Positions 38,372 to 48,900 of a stretch of 64,000 nt of DNA are shown here, piece after piece (the stretch's first letter is position 1; each line of letters opens with the position of its first letter). Source of the stretch: Terriglobia bacterium (GTDB taxonomy: Bacteria; Acidobacteriota; Terriglobia; 20CM-2-55-15). The notes beneath the pieces are model-generated. The model saw only the letters and a list, made by a program, of their open reading frames with translations, did no database searches and was not told the origin of the DNA. The translations under genes were made by a program, and so were the position numbers. The stretch covers positions 6,460 through 70,459 of the forward strand of contig CBDCLE010000023.1 in the NCBI GenBank assembly GCA_965218585.1, given 5' to 3'.

Positions 38372-41005
38372 GTGAAAAGAACCATGACGACCAACTTCTA
38401 TCGCATCTCGATCTCTCTGAGCATTTTGCTATTGCTCGGTGCGTCCAGCTTCGAAGCATTCGGCCAACAGAGGGTTCCAAGCCCAGAGGAATATCTAGGC
38501 TTCGAGGTCGGTGCAGACCGGAAGCTTGCCCGATGGGATCAGATCCTGGGTTATATCGGGCAGGTGGATGAGGCGTTTGACCGGGTGGGGATGGAGGTTG
38601 TCGGCGAAACGACCTCGGGCAATCCGTTCGTCGTCGTCGTGGTCTCCTCACCAGAGAACATGCGCCAGTTGGAGCGGTATGAAGACATCGCCGCGCAACT
38701 TGCCAGCGGAAGACTCGAAGCTGACGATGCACGGGACCTGGCCGCCAGCGGCAAGGTCATCGTCTTTCTCAACCATAATGTTCATTCCACGGAGATCGCG
38801 TCGTCCCAGACGACTTTGCGGCTTCTTCATTTCCTTTCTACGGACACGTCAGAAGAAGTCCGGGAGATCCTGGATAAAGTGATTCTGGTCCACCTCCCGT
38901 CCGGAAACCCGGACGGTCAGATCATGGCTGTCGACTGGTACAGGCAGAACGTGGGTACAGAGTACGAACAATCCCCGATGCCATGGCTCTACCATCCGTA
39001 TATCGGCCACGACAACAATCGAGACTTCTTCATGGGCAACGTCGTGGAGTCGGCTCTGATGATGCAGCTCGTTTACAAGGACTGGCATCCGCAGATCTAC
39101 CTGGATCAGCACCAGATGGGGGCCTTTGGAGCTCGCATGTTCGTTCCGCCGTTTCCCGACCCGCCGAACGAGCACGTTGATCCCTTGATCTGGCAGCAGA
39201 TCAAGTTTCTCGGTGGGGGAATTGCAACCGACCTTCAGGTGGCTGGAAAGCAGGGCGTCCTGACCAACGCCATGTACCGGATCTACCACCAGGGAGGCCC
39301 GTTATCGGTCTGGTGGCACAACATCGTCGGCCTGCTCACTGAAACCGCAAGCGCGTCCATGGCGACACCGCTGACGCTTGATCGGGAAGACCTCAGACCC
39401 ACACGACCCGACCAGGGGCTTCCTGTCTACGAGACGGCCAAGAATTTTCCGGATCCGTGGTACGGGGGGGAATGGCATCTCAGTGACATTGTCGACCATC
39501 AGTTCATTGCTGCAATGTCCGTACTCAAACAGGCAGCGCGCTACAAGAGTGAGTTCCTGTTCAACAATTATCTGATGGCCCAGAGGGCAATAGAGGCGGC
39601 CGAGGTCGAAGGCCCGTTTGCCTACGTTGTTCCGGCCGGACAAAAGGACGGGCCCACGGCAGACGAAATGATCGAGAGATTGATGTTGCAGGGCATCGAA
39701 GTTCATCGGGCGGATAGCAACGTTCAGGTCGGGGGAGAAACGTATCTCGAAGGTTCTTTCTTCTTATTGGCGGCTCAACCGGCTCGGTCTGCCCTGGTCG
39801 ATCTTTTCGAAAGTCAGGACTATCCGGATGTCCGTCTGTATCCGGAAGGACCACCAATCTTGCCGTATGACGTCACCGGCTACACTCTTCCCATGCAGAT
39901 GGGAGTCACGTATGCGGCGATCGAGGCCGGATTCGATGTTTCTAATCTGAGATTGATCAGCAGCGTCGAAAACGACACCGTGGCTCCGGTTCCGGCAGCC
40001 ACAGAGACTTTCGTCCTGAATCATGAGATCAACAAGACGGCCGTTCTGGTCAACCGGCTTCTCGCCAGGGACGTTCCGGTCTACCGCGTGCCTCAGGCAA
40101 TAGATTTCAACGGTACGCCCATTTCCTCAGGTGCCTTCGCGGTTCCCGCATCAGCCCAGGTCCGAACTACACTCATGGATTTGAACGCCGATCTTTCGCT
40201 GCCGATCGGGGCCGATCCCAGCGACTTCGATGTCAACGATTCCGGATTGCCACTCAACGAGCCACGAGTAGGCCTTTACAGGTCGTGGGTCCCTTCGATC
40301 GACGAGGGTTGGACCCGGTGGATTCTTGAAGAGTTCGATTTTGCTTACGTTGGATTGCAGAACGAGGCGGTCCGCAACGGAAATCTCAGGGATGACTATG
40401 ACGTGATTATCCTGCCGGCTCAACTCTCACTCCGGCAACTGGTGGAGGGCCGTCGGCCTGGAGAGATACCCGAACCTTACGTCGGCGGGATAGGCGAGGA
40501 AGGAATAGAAAACCTCAAACGATTCGTAGTGGACGGTGGAACCTTGATCGCCCTTGACTCGGGAGGTGAGGTTGTCCTGGAACATTTTGACGTTCCTCTG
40601 ACCGATGCGCTCGACGACGTATCGACAGATCAGTTCTATTGTCCCGGTTGTATCGTCCGGCTGGGGATCGACACGGACCACCCGATCGGGTTCGGCCTCG
40701 AACCCGAAGTTGCCGCGAAGTTTGCCAACAGTCCTGGATACGTCGTTGATACCGAATCGAGCAATGACGTCCGCGTTCTGGCCAGCTACCCGTCAGACGG
40801 TCCGTTGTTGATGAGCGGCCTGATCATCGGGGAGGAAGTCCTGCAGGATAAAGCAGCGGTCGTTCAAATAGGATACGGCAGCGGATCAATCATCATGCTC
40901 GGCTTTCGGGTCCAGCACCGTGGCCAGACACACGGGACCTATAAGCTCCTTTTCAACTCCATATACGACGGCGGCAGCAGTAGCCTTGCTCTGGAGTCCG
41001 ATTGA
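38372..41005 (+). CDS. M14-family zinc carboxypeptidase-like protein, large, with a C-terminal GATase1/DJ-1-like region
   Basis: 877-aa ORF (alternative ATG at 38384). It has a signal peptide, zinc-site-like FLNHNVHSTE, and HPYIGHDNNRDF. C-terminal motifs YDVIILPAQ...GGTLIALDSG. Confidence 0.65.
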   Translation: MKRTMTTNFYRISISLSILLLLGASSFEAFGQQRVPSPEEYLGFEVGADRKLARWDQILGYIGQVDEAFDRVGMEVVGETTSGNPFVVVVVSSPENMRQLERYEDIAAQLASGRLEADDARDLAASGKVIVFLNHNVHSTEIASSQTTLRLLHFLSTDTSEEVREILDKVILVHLPSGNPDGQIMAVDWYRQNVGTEYEQSPMPWLYHPYIGHDNNRDFFMGNVVESALMMQLVYKDWHPQIYLDQHQMGAFGARMFVPPFPDPPNEHVDPLIWQQIKFLGGGIATDLQVAGKQGVLTNAMYRIYHQGGPLSVWWHNIVGLLTETASASMATPLTLDREDLRPTRPDQGLPVYETAKNFPDPWYGGEWHLSDIVDHQFIAAMSVLKQAARYKSEFLFNNYLMAQRAIEAAEVEGPFAYVVPAGQKDGPTADEMIERLMLQGIEVHRADSNVQVGGETYLEGSFFLLAAQPARSALVDLFESQDYPDVRLYPEGPPILPYDVTGYTLPMQMGVTYAAIEAGFDVSNLRLISSVENDTVAPVPAATETFVLNHEINKTAVLVNRLLARDVPVYRVPQAIDFNGTPISSGAFAVPASAQVRTTLMDLNADLSLPIGADPSDFDVNDSGLPLNEPRVGLYRSWVPSIDEGWTRWILEEFDFAYVGLQNEAVRNGNLRDDYDVIILPAQLSLRQLVEGRRPGEIPEPYVGGIGEEGIENLKRFVVDGGTLIALDSGGEVVLEHFDVPLTDALDDVSTDQFYCPGCIVRLGIDTDHPIGFGLEPEVAAKFANSPGYVVDTESSNDVRVLASYPSDGPLLMSGLIIGEEVLQDKAAVVQIGYGSGSIIMLGFRVQHRGQTHGTYKLLFNSIYDGGSSSLALESD

Positions 41006-41160
41006 CAGGTCGCCGTTAGAAGAGCACGATACGCGACCGGTGTCAGCATTAACGATCAGAAACCACTCCCAGTGCCGGTCACCTGACGACCACAACTGCG
41101 GGTTCGATAACATCCCCGACGCCATCTCGGTGGTGCGAAGTTCGTTATACTATTTCGGCT

Positions 41161-42276
41161 ATGGAAGTTGCTGGTCCCACAAACAGGGAGGCCTCCCCAG
41201 CCCAGGTAGAAGCAGCTCGCAATGCGCTCGATGACTGGGTCCGTGAAGTCGTTGACTGGCACTTTGATCCGGCAACCGGGTCTCCATTCTGGCTTGAGCG
41301 CGCGAAGGAACTCGGCTGGGACCCCCGCCGGGAAATCCTGAGCTTCAGCGATCTCGGCCGCTTCGGGCCGTTCGAAGACGAGTGGTTGCGCGGCGGTCCC
41401 GTCGAGCGATGGGTACCCAGTGGTCTCGCGGATAAGGCCGTATTCGTATTCGAAACAGGCGGTACCACAGGCATTCCGAAGACACGCATCAACTGCGAAG
41501 ACTTCAGGACGGACTACGAGGTGTTCAGCGACACGCTTCCCGAAGAGTATTTCCCGAAGGGAGCAAACTGGCTCATGGTCGGACCTTCCGGTCCCCGTCG
41601 GCTGCGCCTGGCTGTAGAACACCTTGCCCAGTACCGCGGCGGCATCTGCTTCCTGGTGGATCTGGATCCCCGCTGGGTCATCAAGCTCATCAAGAAAGGA
41701 TGGACCGAACACCTGGAGGCCTACAAGAACCACGTGATCGATCAGGCTGTAACGATCCTCCAGGCCAACCACGACATTCACTGCCTGTTTGCAACGCCGA
41801 AACTACTTGAAGCCCTGGCCTTGCGCCTGGAATCGATGGACACGACGATTCACAAGGAAGGCATCACAGGTGTGTTCTCCGGAGGCACCGAGTTCACACC
41901 CCAGTGGAATCGTTTTGCGCACGAAGAATTGCTCGACGGAGCATACATGACCCCGACATACGGCAACACCTTGATGGGCCTTGCCCCAAGTGCTCCCAGC
42001 GGTCCAGCGAACGCCTACAAGATCTCTTACTACGCACCACAACCGCGCGGAGTCATTGAAGTCATCGATCCCGATGATCCGGACCGTGTCGTCGGATACG
42101 GCGAAACCGGCCGAATCAAGGTCACCACCCTGACAAAGGAATTCTTCATGCCGGGCTTCCTCGAACGCGATGAAGGTGAACGGGAACCGCCGTCGGATCT
42201 CTACCCATGGGATGGAGTGAGCGGTGTGCGGCCTTTCGGTAAACTGCCTACGGCGACCACCGTAGGCGTGTACTAG
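41161..42276 (+). CDS. PaaK/LuxE-like adenylate-forming enzyme (acyl-protein/acyl-AMP synthetase-like)
   Basis: 371-aa ORF. Phosphate-loop-like FETGGTTGIPK, then YGNTLMG and GETGRIKVTTL. Its size matches LuxE (about 370 aa). An 8-bp gap separates it from the next gene. Confidence 0.55.
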   Translation: MEVAGPTNREASPAQVEAARNALDDWVREVVDWHFDPATGSPFWLERAKELGWDPRREILSFSDLGRFGPFEDEWLRGGPVERWVPSGLADKAVFVFETGGTTGIPKTRINCEDFRTDYEVFSDTLPEEYFPKGANWLMVGPSGPRRLRLAVEHLAQYRGGICFLVDLDPRWVIKLIKKGWTEHLEAYKNHVIDQAVTILQANHDIHCLFATPKLLEALALRLESMDTTIHKEGITGVFSGGTEFTPQWNRFAHEELLDGAYMTPTYGNTLMGLAPSAPSGPANAYKISYYAPQPRGVIEVIDPDDPDRVVGYGETGRIKVTTLTKEFFMPGFLERDEGEREPPSDLYPWDGVSGVRPFGKLPTATTVGVY

Positions 42277-42284
42277 TTTATAAA

Positions 42285-43715
42285 ATGATTACCCTTCCCG
42301 TCCTGCGCTGGGGTCAACCCTACGACAGCCTCGATATAGACGAAGTCGTCCATTTCTCGACGGGTGAGCCGGTCGCAAGGATCGGGCGCGCCAACAGCGG
42401 ACTGATCCAGCGGGACATGCGCCGCGCCCAACGGGCCCGGGACGCCCTCAGGACCATCCCGGTCGGCGAACTGCTCGAAAGGTTCCAGCGTGCGGGCGAG
42501 ATTTACATGACCGGCACGGTTCCAATGGGTGACGGAGGGCAGACCCCTGAACAGTTTGTGACAGCCCAGTCGGCCAGCACCGGTCTGCCCGAAAACATGT
42601 GCCGGGCAAACATGGACAAGAACCGTTTCGTCCTGAACGAAATGGGAAACATCCTCGCTTCGTTGACACGGGGATTAGACCTGGAGATCCTGAACCGGGG
42701 TTTCGGCGAGGAGCATGAGGTCCCGATAAGCTATCAGGCTCAGAGTCCGGTCCTCGGCGTCGTACTGCCGTCTAATTCTCCCGGTGTACACACCCTGTGG
42801 CTGCCGATGCTCGCGTTGCAGATCGGCCTCGTCCTCAAGCCCGGACCGCAGGAACCCTGGACGCCATACCGAATGGCCAACGCTTTCTTCGAAGCGGGCA
42901 TTCCAAGGGAAGCGATTTCAGTGTATCCGGGCGAAGCCGACGTCGGTGCGGCCGTACTCGCAGCCTGCCCCCGCAGCATGATCTTTGGTGATGAGACGAC
43001 CGTGGACCGTTATCGGGGTGATCCGCGGGTCCAACCGCACGGACCGGGCTTCTCGAAGATTATCTTCGGTGACGACCAGGTGGACGATTGGGAAAAACAC
43101 CTGGACCTGATGGTGGAAAGTGTTGCTGTCAACAGCGGACGTAGCTGTATCAATACCTCGGGGATATGGGTGAGTCGACACGCCGGAGAAATCGCCAATG
43201 CCCTGGCCAGAAGACTCGCCGAGATACAACCCCTTCCGCCCCAGGATCCGGAGGCCGGATTGGCGGCGTTCACGGTGCCCGGCGTAGCCGAAGCCATTTC
43301 GCAATCGATCGATGTCGATGTCCAGGCACCCGGGGTTCGGGACGTCTCTTCCGAGTATCGTGAAGGGAGTCGCGTCGTAGACGCCGGACTCGCCGACTAT
43401 CTGCTGCCAACCGTGATCCACTCCGAGTCACCGGACACCAGCATTGCGAGAAAGGAATACATGTTCCCTTTTGTCAGCGTCGTCGAGTGTTCCGAAGCTG
43501 ACATGATTCGGGCCATCGGACCCACGTTGGTTTGCAGCGCGATCACCTGTAACGAAGATTTCCGCAGACAACTCGTGGATGCGGTAAACATCGACCGGCT
43601 GAACCTCGGCCCGGTGCCGACGACCAAGCTCAACTGGCTGCAACCCCACGAAGGGAACATCGTCGATTTCCTATTTCGCGCACGGGCATTCCAGAACGCG
43701 CCGTTCACGGGTTGA
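42285..43715 (+). CDS. Aldehyde-dehydrogenase-fold acyl-CoA/acyl-protein reductase-like protein (LuxC-like)
   Basis: 476-aa ORF. ALDH-like pattern VLPSNSPGVHTLW...LKPG..EPWT, then GPGFSKIIFG, and a candidate nucleophile Cys288 in VNSGRSCINTSG. Its size matches LuxC (about 480 aa). Confidence 0.55.
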   Translation: MITLPVLRWGQPYDSLDIDEVVHFSTGEPVARIGRANSGLIQRDMRRAQRARDALRTIPVGELLERFQRAGEIYMTGTVPMGDGGQTPEQFVTAQSASTGLPENMCRANMDKNRFVLNEMGNILASLTRGLDLEILNRGFGEEHEVPISYQAQSPVLGVVLPSNSPGVHTLWLPMLALQIGLVLKPGPQEPWTPYRMANAFFEAGIPREAISVYPGEADVGAAVLAACPRSMIFGDETTVDRYRGDPRVQPHGPGFSKIIFGDDQVDDWEKHLDLMVESVAVNSGRSCINTSGIWVSRHAGEIANALARRLAEIQPLPPQDPEAGLAAFTVPGVAEAISQSIDVDVQAPGVRDVSSEYREGSRVVDAGLADYLLPTVIHSESPDTSIARKEYMFPFVSVVECSEADMIRAIGPTLVCSAITCNEDFRRQLVDAVNIDRLNLGPVPTTKLNWLQPHEGNIVDFLFRARAFQNAPFTG

Positions 43716-43738
43716 CGTGAGTCCTAATTTGCACGACG

Positions 43739-43817
43739 GAAGATTTCGCTCCCTCGTTCATTCAGACATCCTGTCTGAACGAGGGGCGACCCTCTCCATC
43801 ATCCTGATGGAGAGGCC
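43739..43817 (+). repeat. Dual-hairpin intergenic repeat, copy E
   Basis: GAAGATTTCGCT-CCCTCG-ttca-TTCAGAC-ATCCT-GTCTGAA-CGAGGG-GCGACC-CTCTCCATCA-TCC-TGATGGAGAG-GCC. It starts 23 nt after the LuxC-like stop codon. Confidence 0.9.
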
Positions 43818-43857
43818 TATCGGGATCGAGGGAACATTAACTTAAGGCCTAGAGCCC

Positions 43858-45189
43858 ATGAAGGTCTTGTCGATCACAGCCGGCGCGGCGGGAATGTACT
43901 GCGGGAGTTGTGCCCGCGATAACGCTCTGGCGCGAGAACTCTTGTCCCTCGGGCACGACTGCACTCTCATACCCGTCTACACGCCCACACGGACAGACGA
44001 ACCGAACGCAAGCCGCAACCGAGTCCTGTTCGGCGGCATCAGCGTCTATCTTCAGCAGTATGCCCCTCTCTTCCGTAAGACCCCACGACTTCTGGACCGG
44101 ATGTGGGATTCGCCATGGGTGATCAACCGCTTCAGAGGACGTGCGGTGTCGAACGACCCGCAGTTATTGGGAGACCTCACGATCTCCATGCTCGAAGGCG
44201 AACAGGGCGTCTTAAGTAAGGAATTCGACAAACTTGTGGATTGGATCAGCCACCAGCCCAGACCCGATATCATCAACCTGCCCAACTCGCTGTTGATCGC
44301 GCTCGCGGCACCGCTGAAAGAAACGTTCGATTTACCTGTGTGCTGCACCTTGCAGGGAGAAGAGCTCTTCATCGACGGATTGCTGGCGCCCTACCGCGAC
44401 GAGGCTCTGCGGCTGATCCGAGGGCAGGTCTCCACTGTGGATCGTTTTATCGCCGTCAGCGAATACTGTCAGCGCTTCATGACAGAGTATCTCCAGATAC
44501 CTCTCGAGCGTATTGGCGTTGTGCCTCTGGGTATCAACCTGACCGGTTATCCTGACAGCCCGGTCTCCACAGACGATGACGGCGAATTCCGTGTGGGATA
44601 TTTCGCCCGCATTGCGCCGGAAAAAGGTCTGGACGCGTTGGCCGACGCCTATGTCCGGTTCCGCAAACGGAGCGGGAGTGCTTTGGTGCGATTGTGTGTC
44701 GCGGGCTACACGGCTCCGGCTCACGCTGATTACTTGAACCAGGTCCGCAACATGCTGACCGAAGCCGGTTATGGTGATGAGTTCTCCTATCAAGGCGTTG
44801 TGGACCGGGAGGGAAAGCTGCGGTTTCTCCAGGAACTCGATATCCTTTCGGTGCCGGCAACCTACGATGAACCGAAGGGCATGTTCCTGCTCGAAGCCAT
44901 GGCGAATGGCGTTCCAGTCGTTCAACCCCGTCGCGGCGCCTTTACTGAGATCGTCGAAAAAACCGGCGGCGGCCTGTTGGTTGAACCCGACAGTGCGGAA
45001 AGTCTGGCTGAAGGCCTGTACCAGCTATGGAAGGATCGTCAACAGAGGTCCGAATTGGGAAAGTCCGGCCTGGAGGGCGTGCATGAACACTATTCGGTCC
45101 GACACTCCGCGGACCGGTTGCTGGAAATTTACGATGATGTTCTGAACGCACGGTCTGAGGGAACTATCCCGGTCGGTGCCAGCGTTTGA
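43858..45189 (+). CDS. GT4-family (GT-B) glycosyltransferase
   Basis: 443-aa ORF. C-terminal EX7E-type motif EPKGMFLLEAMANGVPVV. Its stop codon overlaps the start of the next gene. Confidence 0.75.
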   Translation: MKVLSITAGAAGMYCGSCARDNALARELLSLGHDCTLIPVYTPTRTDEPNASRNRVLFGGISVYLQQYAPLFRKTPRLLDRMWDSPWVINRFRGRAVSNDPQLLGDLTISMLEGEQGVLSKEFDKLVDWISHQPRPDIINLPNSLLIALAAPLKETFDLPVCCTLQGEELFIDGLLAPYRDEALRLIRGQVSTVDRFIAVSEYCQRFMTEYLQIPLERIGVVPLGINLTGYPDSPVSTDDDGEFRVGYFARIAPEKGLDALADAYVRFRKRSGSALVRLCVAGYTAPAHADYLNQVRNMLTEAGYGDEFSYQGVVDREGKLRFLQELDILSVPATYDEPKGMFLLEAMANGVPVVQPRRGAFTEIVEKTGGGLLVEPDSAESLAEGLYQLWKDRQQRSELGKSGLEGVHEHYSVRHSADRLLEIYDDVLNARSEGTIPVGASV

Positions 45190-45899
45190 GTGCAGAGGAC
45201 TCATTGCTCGAAGTCTCACATCTCAGCAAGGAATACCCGACGCCCCGAGGACCACTCGAAGTCCTGTCGGACGTCAACCTGTCGCTCGCTCCGGGGGAGG
45301 CTGCGGCGATCATGGGTCCGTCCGGCAGCGGGAAGAGCTCGCTGCTTTACGTCCTGGGAGGTCTGGAGCCACCATCGTCTGGAAGCGTAAAGCTCGAGGG
45401 AAACGACCTGTTTGGAATGAAGCCTTCCCAGCAGGCCAGGTTCCGGAACACGCAGATCGGCTTCATCTTCCAGGATCACTGTCTGCTCCCCCAATGTTCG
45501 GTCCTGGAAAACGTGCTCCTGCCAACGCTGGTAAGGCATGGGAACGACATAAACGAAGATAGGGAACGGAAGAATTTCGCCGAAGACGCGCGCTTGCTCG
45601 TCGAACAGGTGGGACTTGGCGATCGTATCGACCACCGGCCGGCGGAGTTATCGGGAGGGGAAAGACAGCGAGTGGCCATCGCCCGCGCATTGATTCGCAG
45701 CCCCCGTCTCATTCTGTGCGATGAACCCACCGGGAACCTGGACGAAACGACTGCGGACACCGTCGCATCGCTTTTGCTGGAACTCCATCGTGTTCAGAAA
45801 AACATCCTGATCGCCGTCACACACAGCGCACATCTCGCGGCACGGTTTCCGATTCGTTTTGAGCTTGCACAGCGGCGACTCGGTCGGGTTGAATCATAG
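45186..45899 (+). CDS. ABC transporter ATP-binding protein (LolD/MacB-type)
   Basis: Walker [10 protein letters not shown], signature LSGGERQRV, Walker [16 protein letters not shown] start overlaps the GT4 stop codon (TTGA). Confidence 0.85.
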   Translation: MSAEDSLLEVSHLSKEYPTPRGPLEVLSDVNLSLAPGEAAAIMGPSGSGKSSLLYVLGGLEPPSSGSVKLEGNDLFGMKPSQQARFRNTQIGFIFQDHCLLPQCSVLENVLLPTLVRHGNDINEDRERKNFAEDARLLVEQVGLGDRIDHRPAELSGGERQRVAIARALIRSPRLILCDEPTGNLDETTADTVASLLLELHRVQKNILIAVTHSAHLAARFPIRFELAQRRLGRVES

Positions 45900-45914
45900 A
45901 TGACGAGTTAAACA

Positions 45915-48900
45915 ATGGCTGATGGCATAAAACAACGTCGTCTCATCTTCGAGGGTTTGGCGTTTTATTGGCGCACAAACATCGCCGTGATCGCCGGCGT
46001 TGCAACCGCGGTCGCCGTTCTTGCGGGAGCCTTGCTGGTGGGCGACTCCGTACGCGGCAGTCTCCGCGACATGGTCCTCGAGCGAATCGGAAACACAGAC
46101 CATATCGTCGTGTCGACGACTTTCTTTCGAGAGGCCCTGGCCCGGGATCTGGGCAATCATCCCGACTTCCCTGCCAGTTTCAACGGTGTGGCTCCGATCA
46201 TTGTCACCGAGGGACTCGTGACCACTCCAACGGGCGAGGGGCGAATGGACCGGGTTCGTGTGTACGGTATCGACGACCGGTTCTGGCGGTTCCACGGTGT
46301 GGAGGAGTTCACCGGTCCCGGAGGCCGTCAGGCATTAGTCAGCCCTGCCCTGGCCGAGGGACTCGGTGTTGAGGCAGGAGCCACCATTCTTGTCCGCGTC
46401 GAACGACCCTCTGAGATCCCACTGGAGTCCCTCCACGGAAACAAGGCCGACCTGGGCCGTACGATTCGCGCCACACTCGGAAGTGTTGTCCCTGGCGAAA
46501 CGCTCGGCGAATTCTCTCTCGAAGCGGGCCAGGGGGAGGTTCACGCAGTCTTTCTTCCTCTGGAGCTTGTCACCGAGGACCTCGAAATAGAAGAACGCGT
46601 CAACGCGTTGCTCGTTTCGACCACTTTGGCAGATGCCGATGCCGCAACGGCGGAATTGGAAAGGATGGTTCGGAGCGAAGCCGAATTGGAAGATCTGGGT
46701 CTCGGTCTGAGACTCTTGGGACAACCCCAGGCGCTCGCAATTGAAGGCTCTGGCGGTTTGATCGACGATCAAAAGGTTGATATCGCACTGGAGGCCGGGG
46801 CAGCCATGGGCCTGGAAGCACGCCCAATTTTCACCTATCTGGTCAACAGGCTCGGCAACGCTTCAACTGAAATCCCTTATTCGCTTGTAACCGCAACCGA
46901 CCTCACCCGCTTAGTCGGAGAAGAACTGTCTTCTGTGTCAGGTCTGCCGCCAATCGTCCTCACTGACTGGGCCGCCGAGGATCTCAGCGTTTCAAGCGGA
47001 GATCGTCTCTCGATGGAATACTACGTCTGGGTGGAACCTGGTCAACTGGTCACTCGGGAAACCGACTTCGAAGTCGTGAACGTAGTTCCCATCGACGCCG
47101 GAGATCGCGACATGGCTCCGACCTACCCGGGCATTACGGATTCGGAAGCTCTGGCTGACTGGAATCCGCCGTTTCCGATCGATCTCGCACGTATCCGCCC
47201 TGTCGACGAAGAGTTCTGGAATCTTTATCGGACGACACCCAAGGCGTTTATCCCGCTCGAAGTCGGCCGCGAGCTCTGGCAGTCCCGTTACGGATCCATT
47301 TCGTCTATTCGTCTGGCTCCGGAAACGGAGACAGAAGAACTAGCGGGGGAGACTCTTGTCGCCAATTACGCCGAACGTCTTGGAACACTTCTCGACCCGC
47401 TCGGTTTTGGCCTGGCCGTTCGGTCGGTGCGTTCCGAAGGTCTCGAGGCCTCGCGCGGCGCGACGAACTTTGGCGAGTACTTTGTGTACTTCAGTTTCTT
47501 CCTGGTTGTCTCGGCCCTGATGTTGGCGGCGTTGTTCTTCAAGTTGAGTGTCGAGCAACGTGGCCGTGAGATTGGGTTGCTGCGGTCGGTTGGCTTTACT
47601 CCGCCAATGGTCCGACGCCTATTTCTCATTGAAGGATTGATCCTGTCTTCAATCGGTGCCCTCATCGGTGTGTGGGGCGGGATCGGGTACGCCTCGCTCC
47701 TGGTCACCGGCCTCGGCACATGGTGGGTCGATGCCGTTGGAACCACCGCTGTAACGCTTCATGTTTCGGGCTTATCTCTGGCAGCAGGCGTAGTGGGTGG
47801 AATCGCAGCGGCCATGGCATGCATCTGGGTAACTCTCCGAAGCCTGTCATCGGTGTCCGAACGCCGGTTGCTGGCGGGGCAGCTTTCCCAGGAGAACGCT
47901 GGACAGAGGGGTCGAACTCGGCCAGCCCGGCTGGGGGCGGTGTCGCTGGGCAGCCTCGGCATCGCACTCATCGTCGGAGCGGGAATGGGTTTCGTCGATC
48001 AGGCGGCTGGCTTTTTTGGAGCGGGAATGGCGTTTCTGGCAGCCAGTCTTTGTTTTCTCGCACTTCGATTCGGCCGTCGGCGCGAAGCGGTGCTCGGAGG
48101 CCAGGGCTGGTGGCCGGTCTCGCGGCTGGGTCTCCGGAACGCGACCTATCGTCCCGCTCGAAGCGTCACTGCAATCGGAATGATCGCGGCGGCAACTTTC
48201 ATTTTGATATCGGTCGATGCCTTCAGAAGGGACACGGTATCGAACGCGGGTCCCGAGTCCGGACTGGGGGGTTACCCCTTGCTCGTCGAGTCCCTTCTGC
48301 CTATGTTGGAAGATCCAACCAGCCCTGCAGGCCAGGAATTTCTGGGGTTGGGAAGCATCGACTCCGCAGCTGTATCTCCGTTCCGACTCAGACCGGGTGA
48401 CGACGCCAGTTGCCTGAACCTGTACGCCCCCACAAATCCGAGGATCGCGGCACCCAGCGACGCGTTCATCGAACAGGGACGTTTTGCGTTTCAGGATTCG
48501 CTTGCGTCGAATGATGCAGAACGTGCCAACCCGTGGCTCCTCCTCCAACGGGATGGACCCGACGGAACAATTCCCGTGATCGGCGATGCAAACTCGATGA
48601 CCTATGTCCTGCACCGGAAGCTGGGCGAGGAGATCCTCATAACCGAAGGAGACCGCACAATTCGGCTGCGGCTCGTTGCGACTCTGGACGACAGTATTTT
48701 CCAGGGCGAGCTCCTGATGTCTGAAACTCATTTCCTGGAACAGTTTCCTTCACAGGAAGGATATCGACTCCTGCTTGTGGAGACAGAAGCAGGAAGCGTG
48801 GCCCAGGCCGAAGAATCGATCGAAAACGCCCTGGCGGACTATGGAGCGACGGCGACGCCGACTGCCGAGCGTCTCGCCCAGTTCCACCAGGTCGAGAACA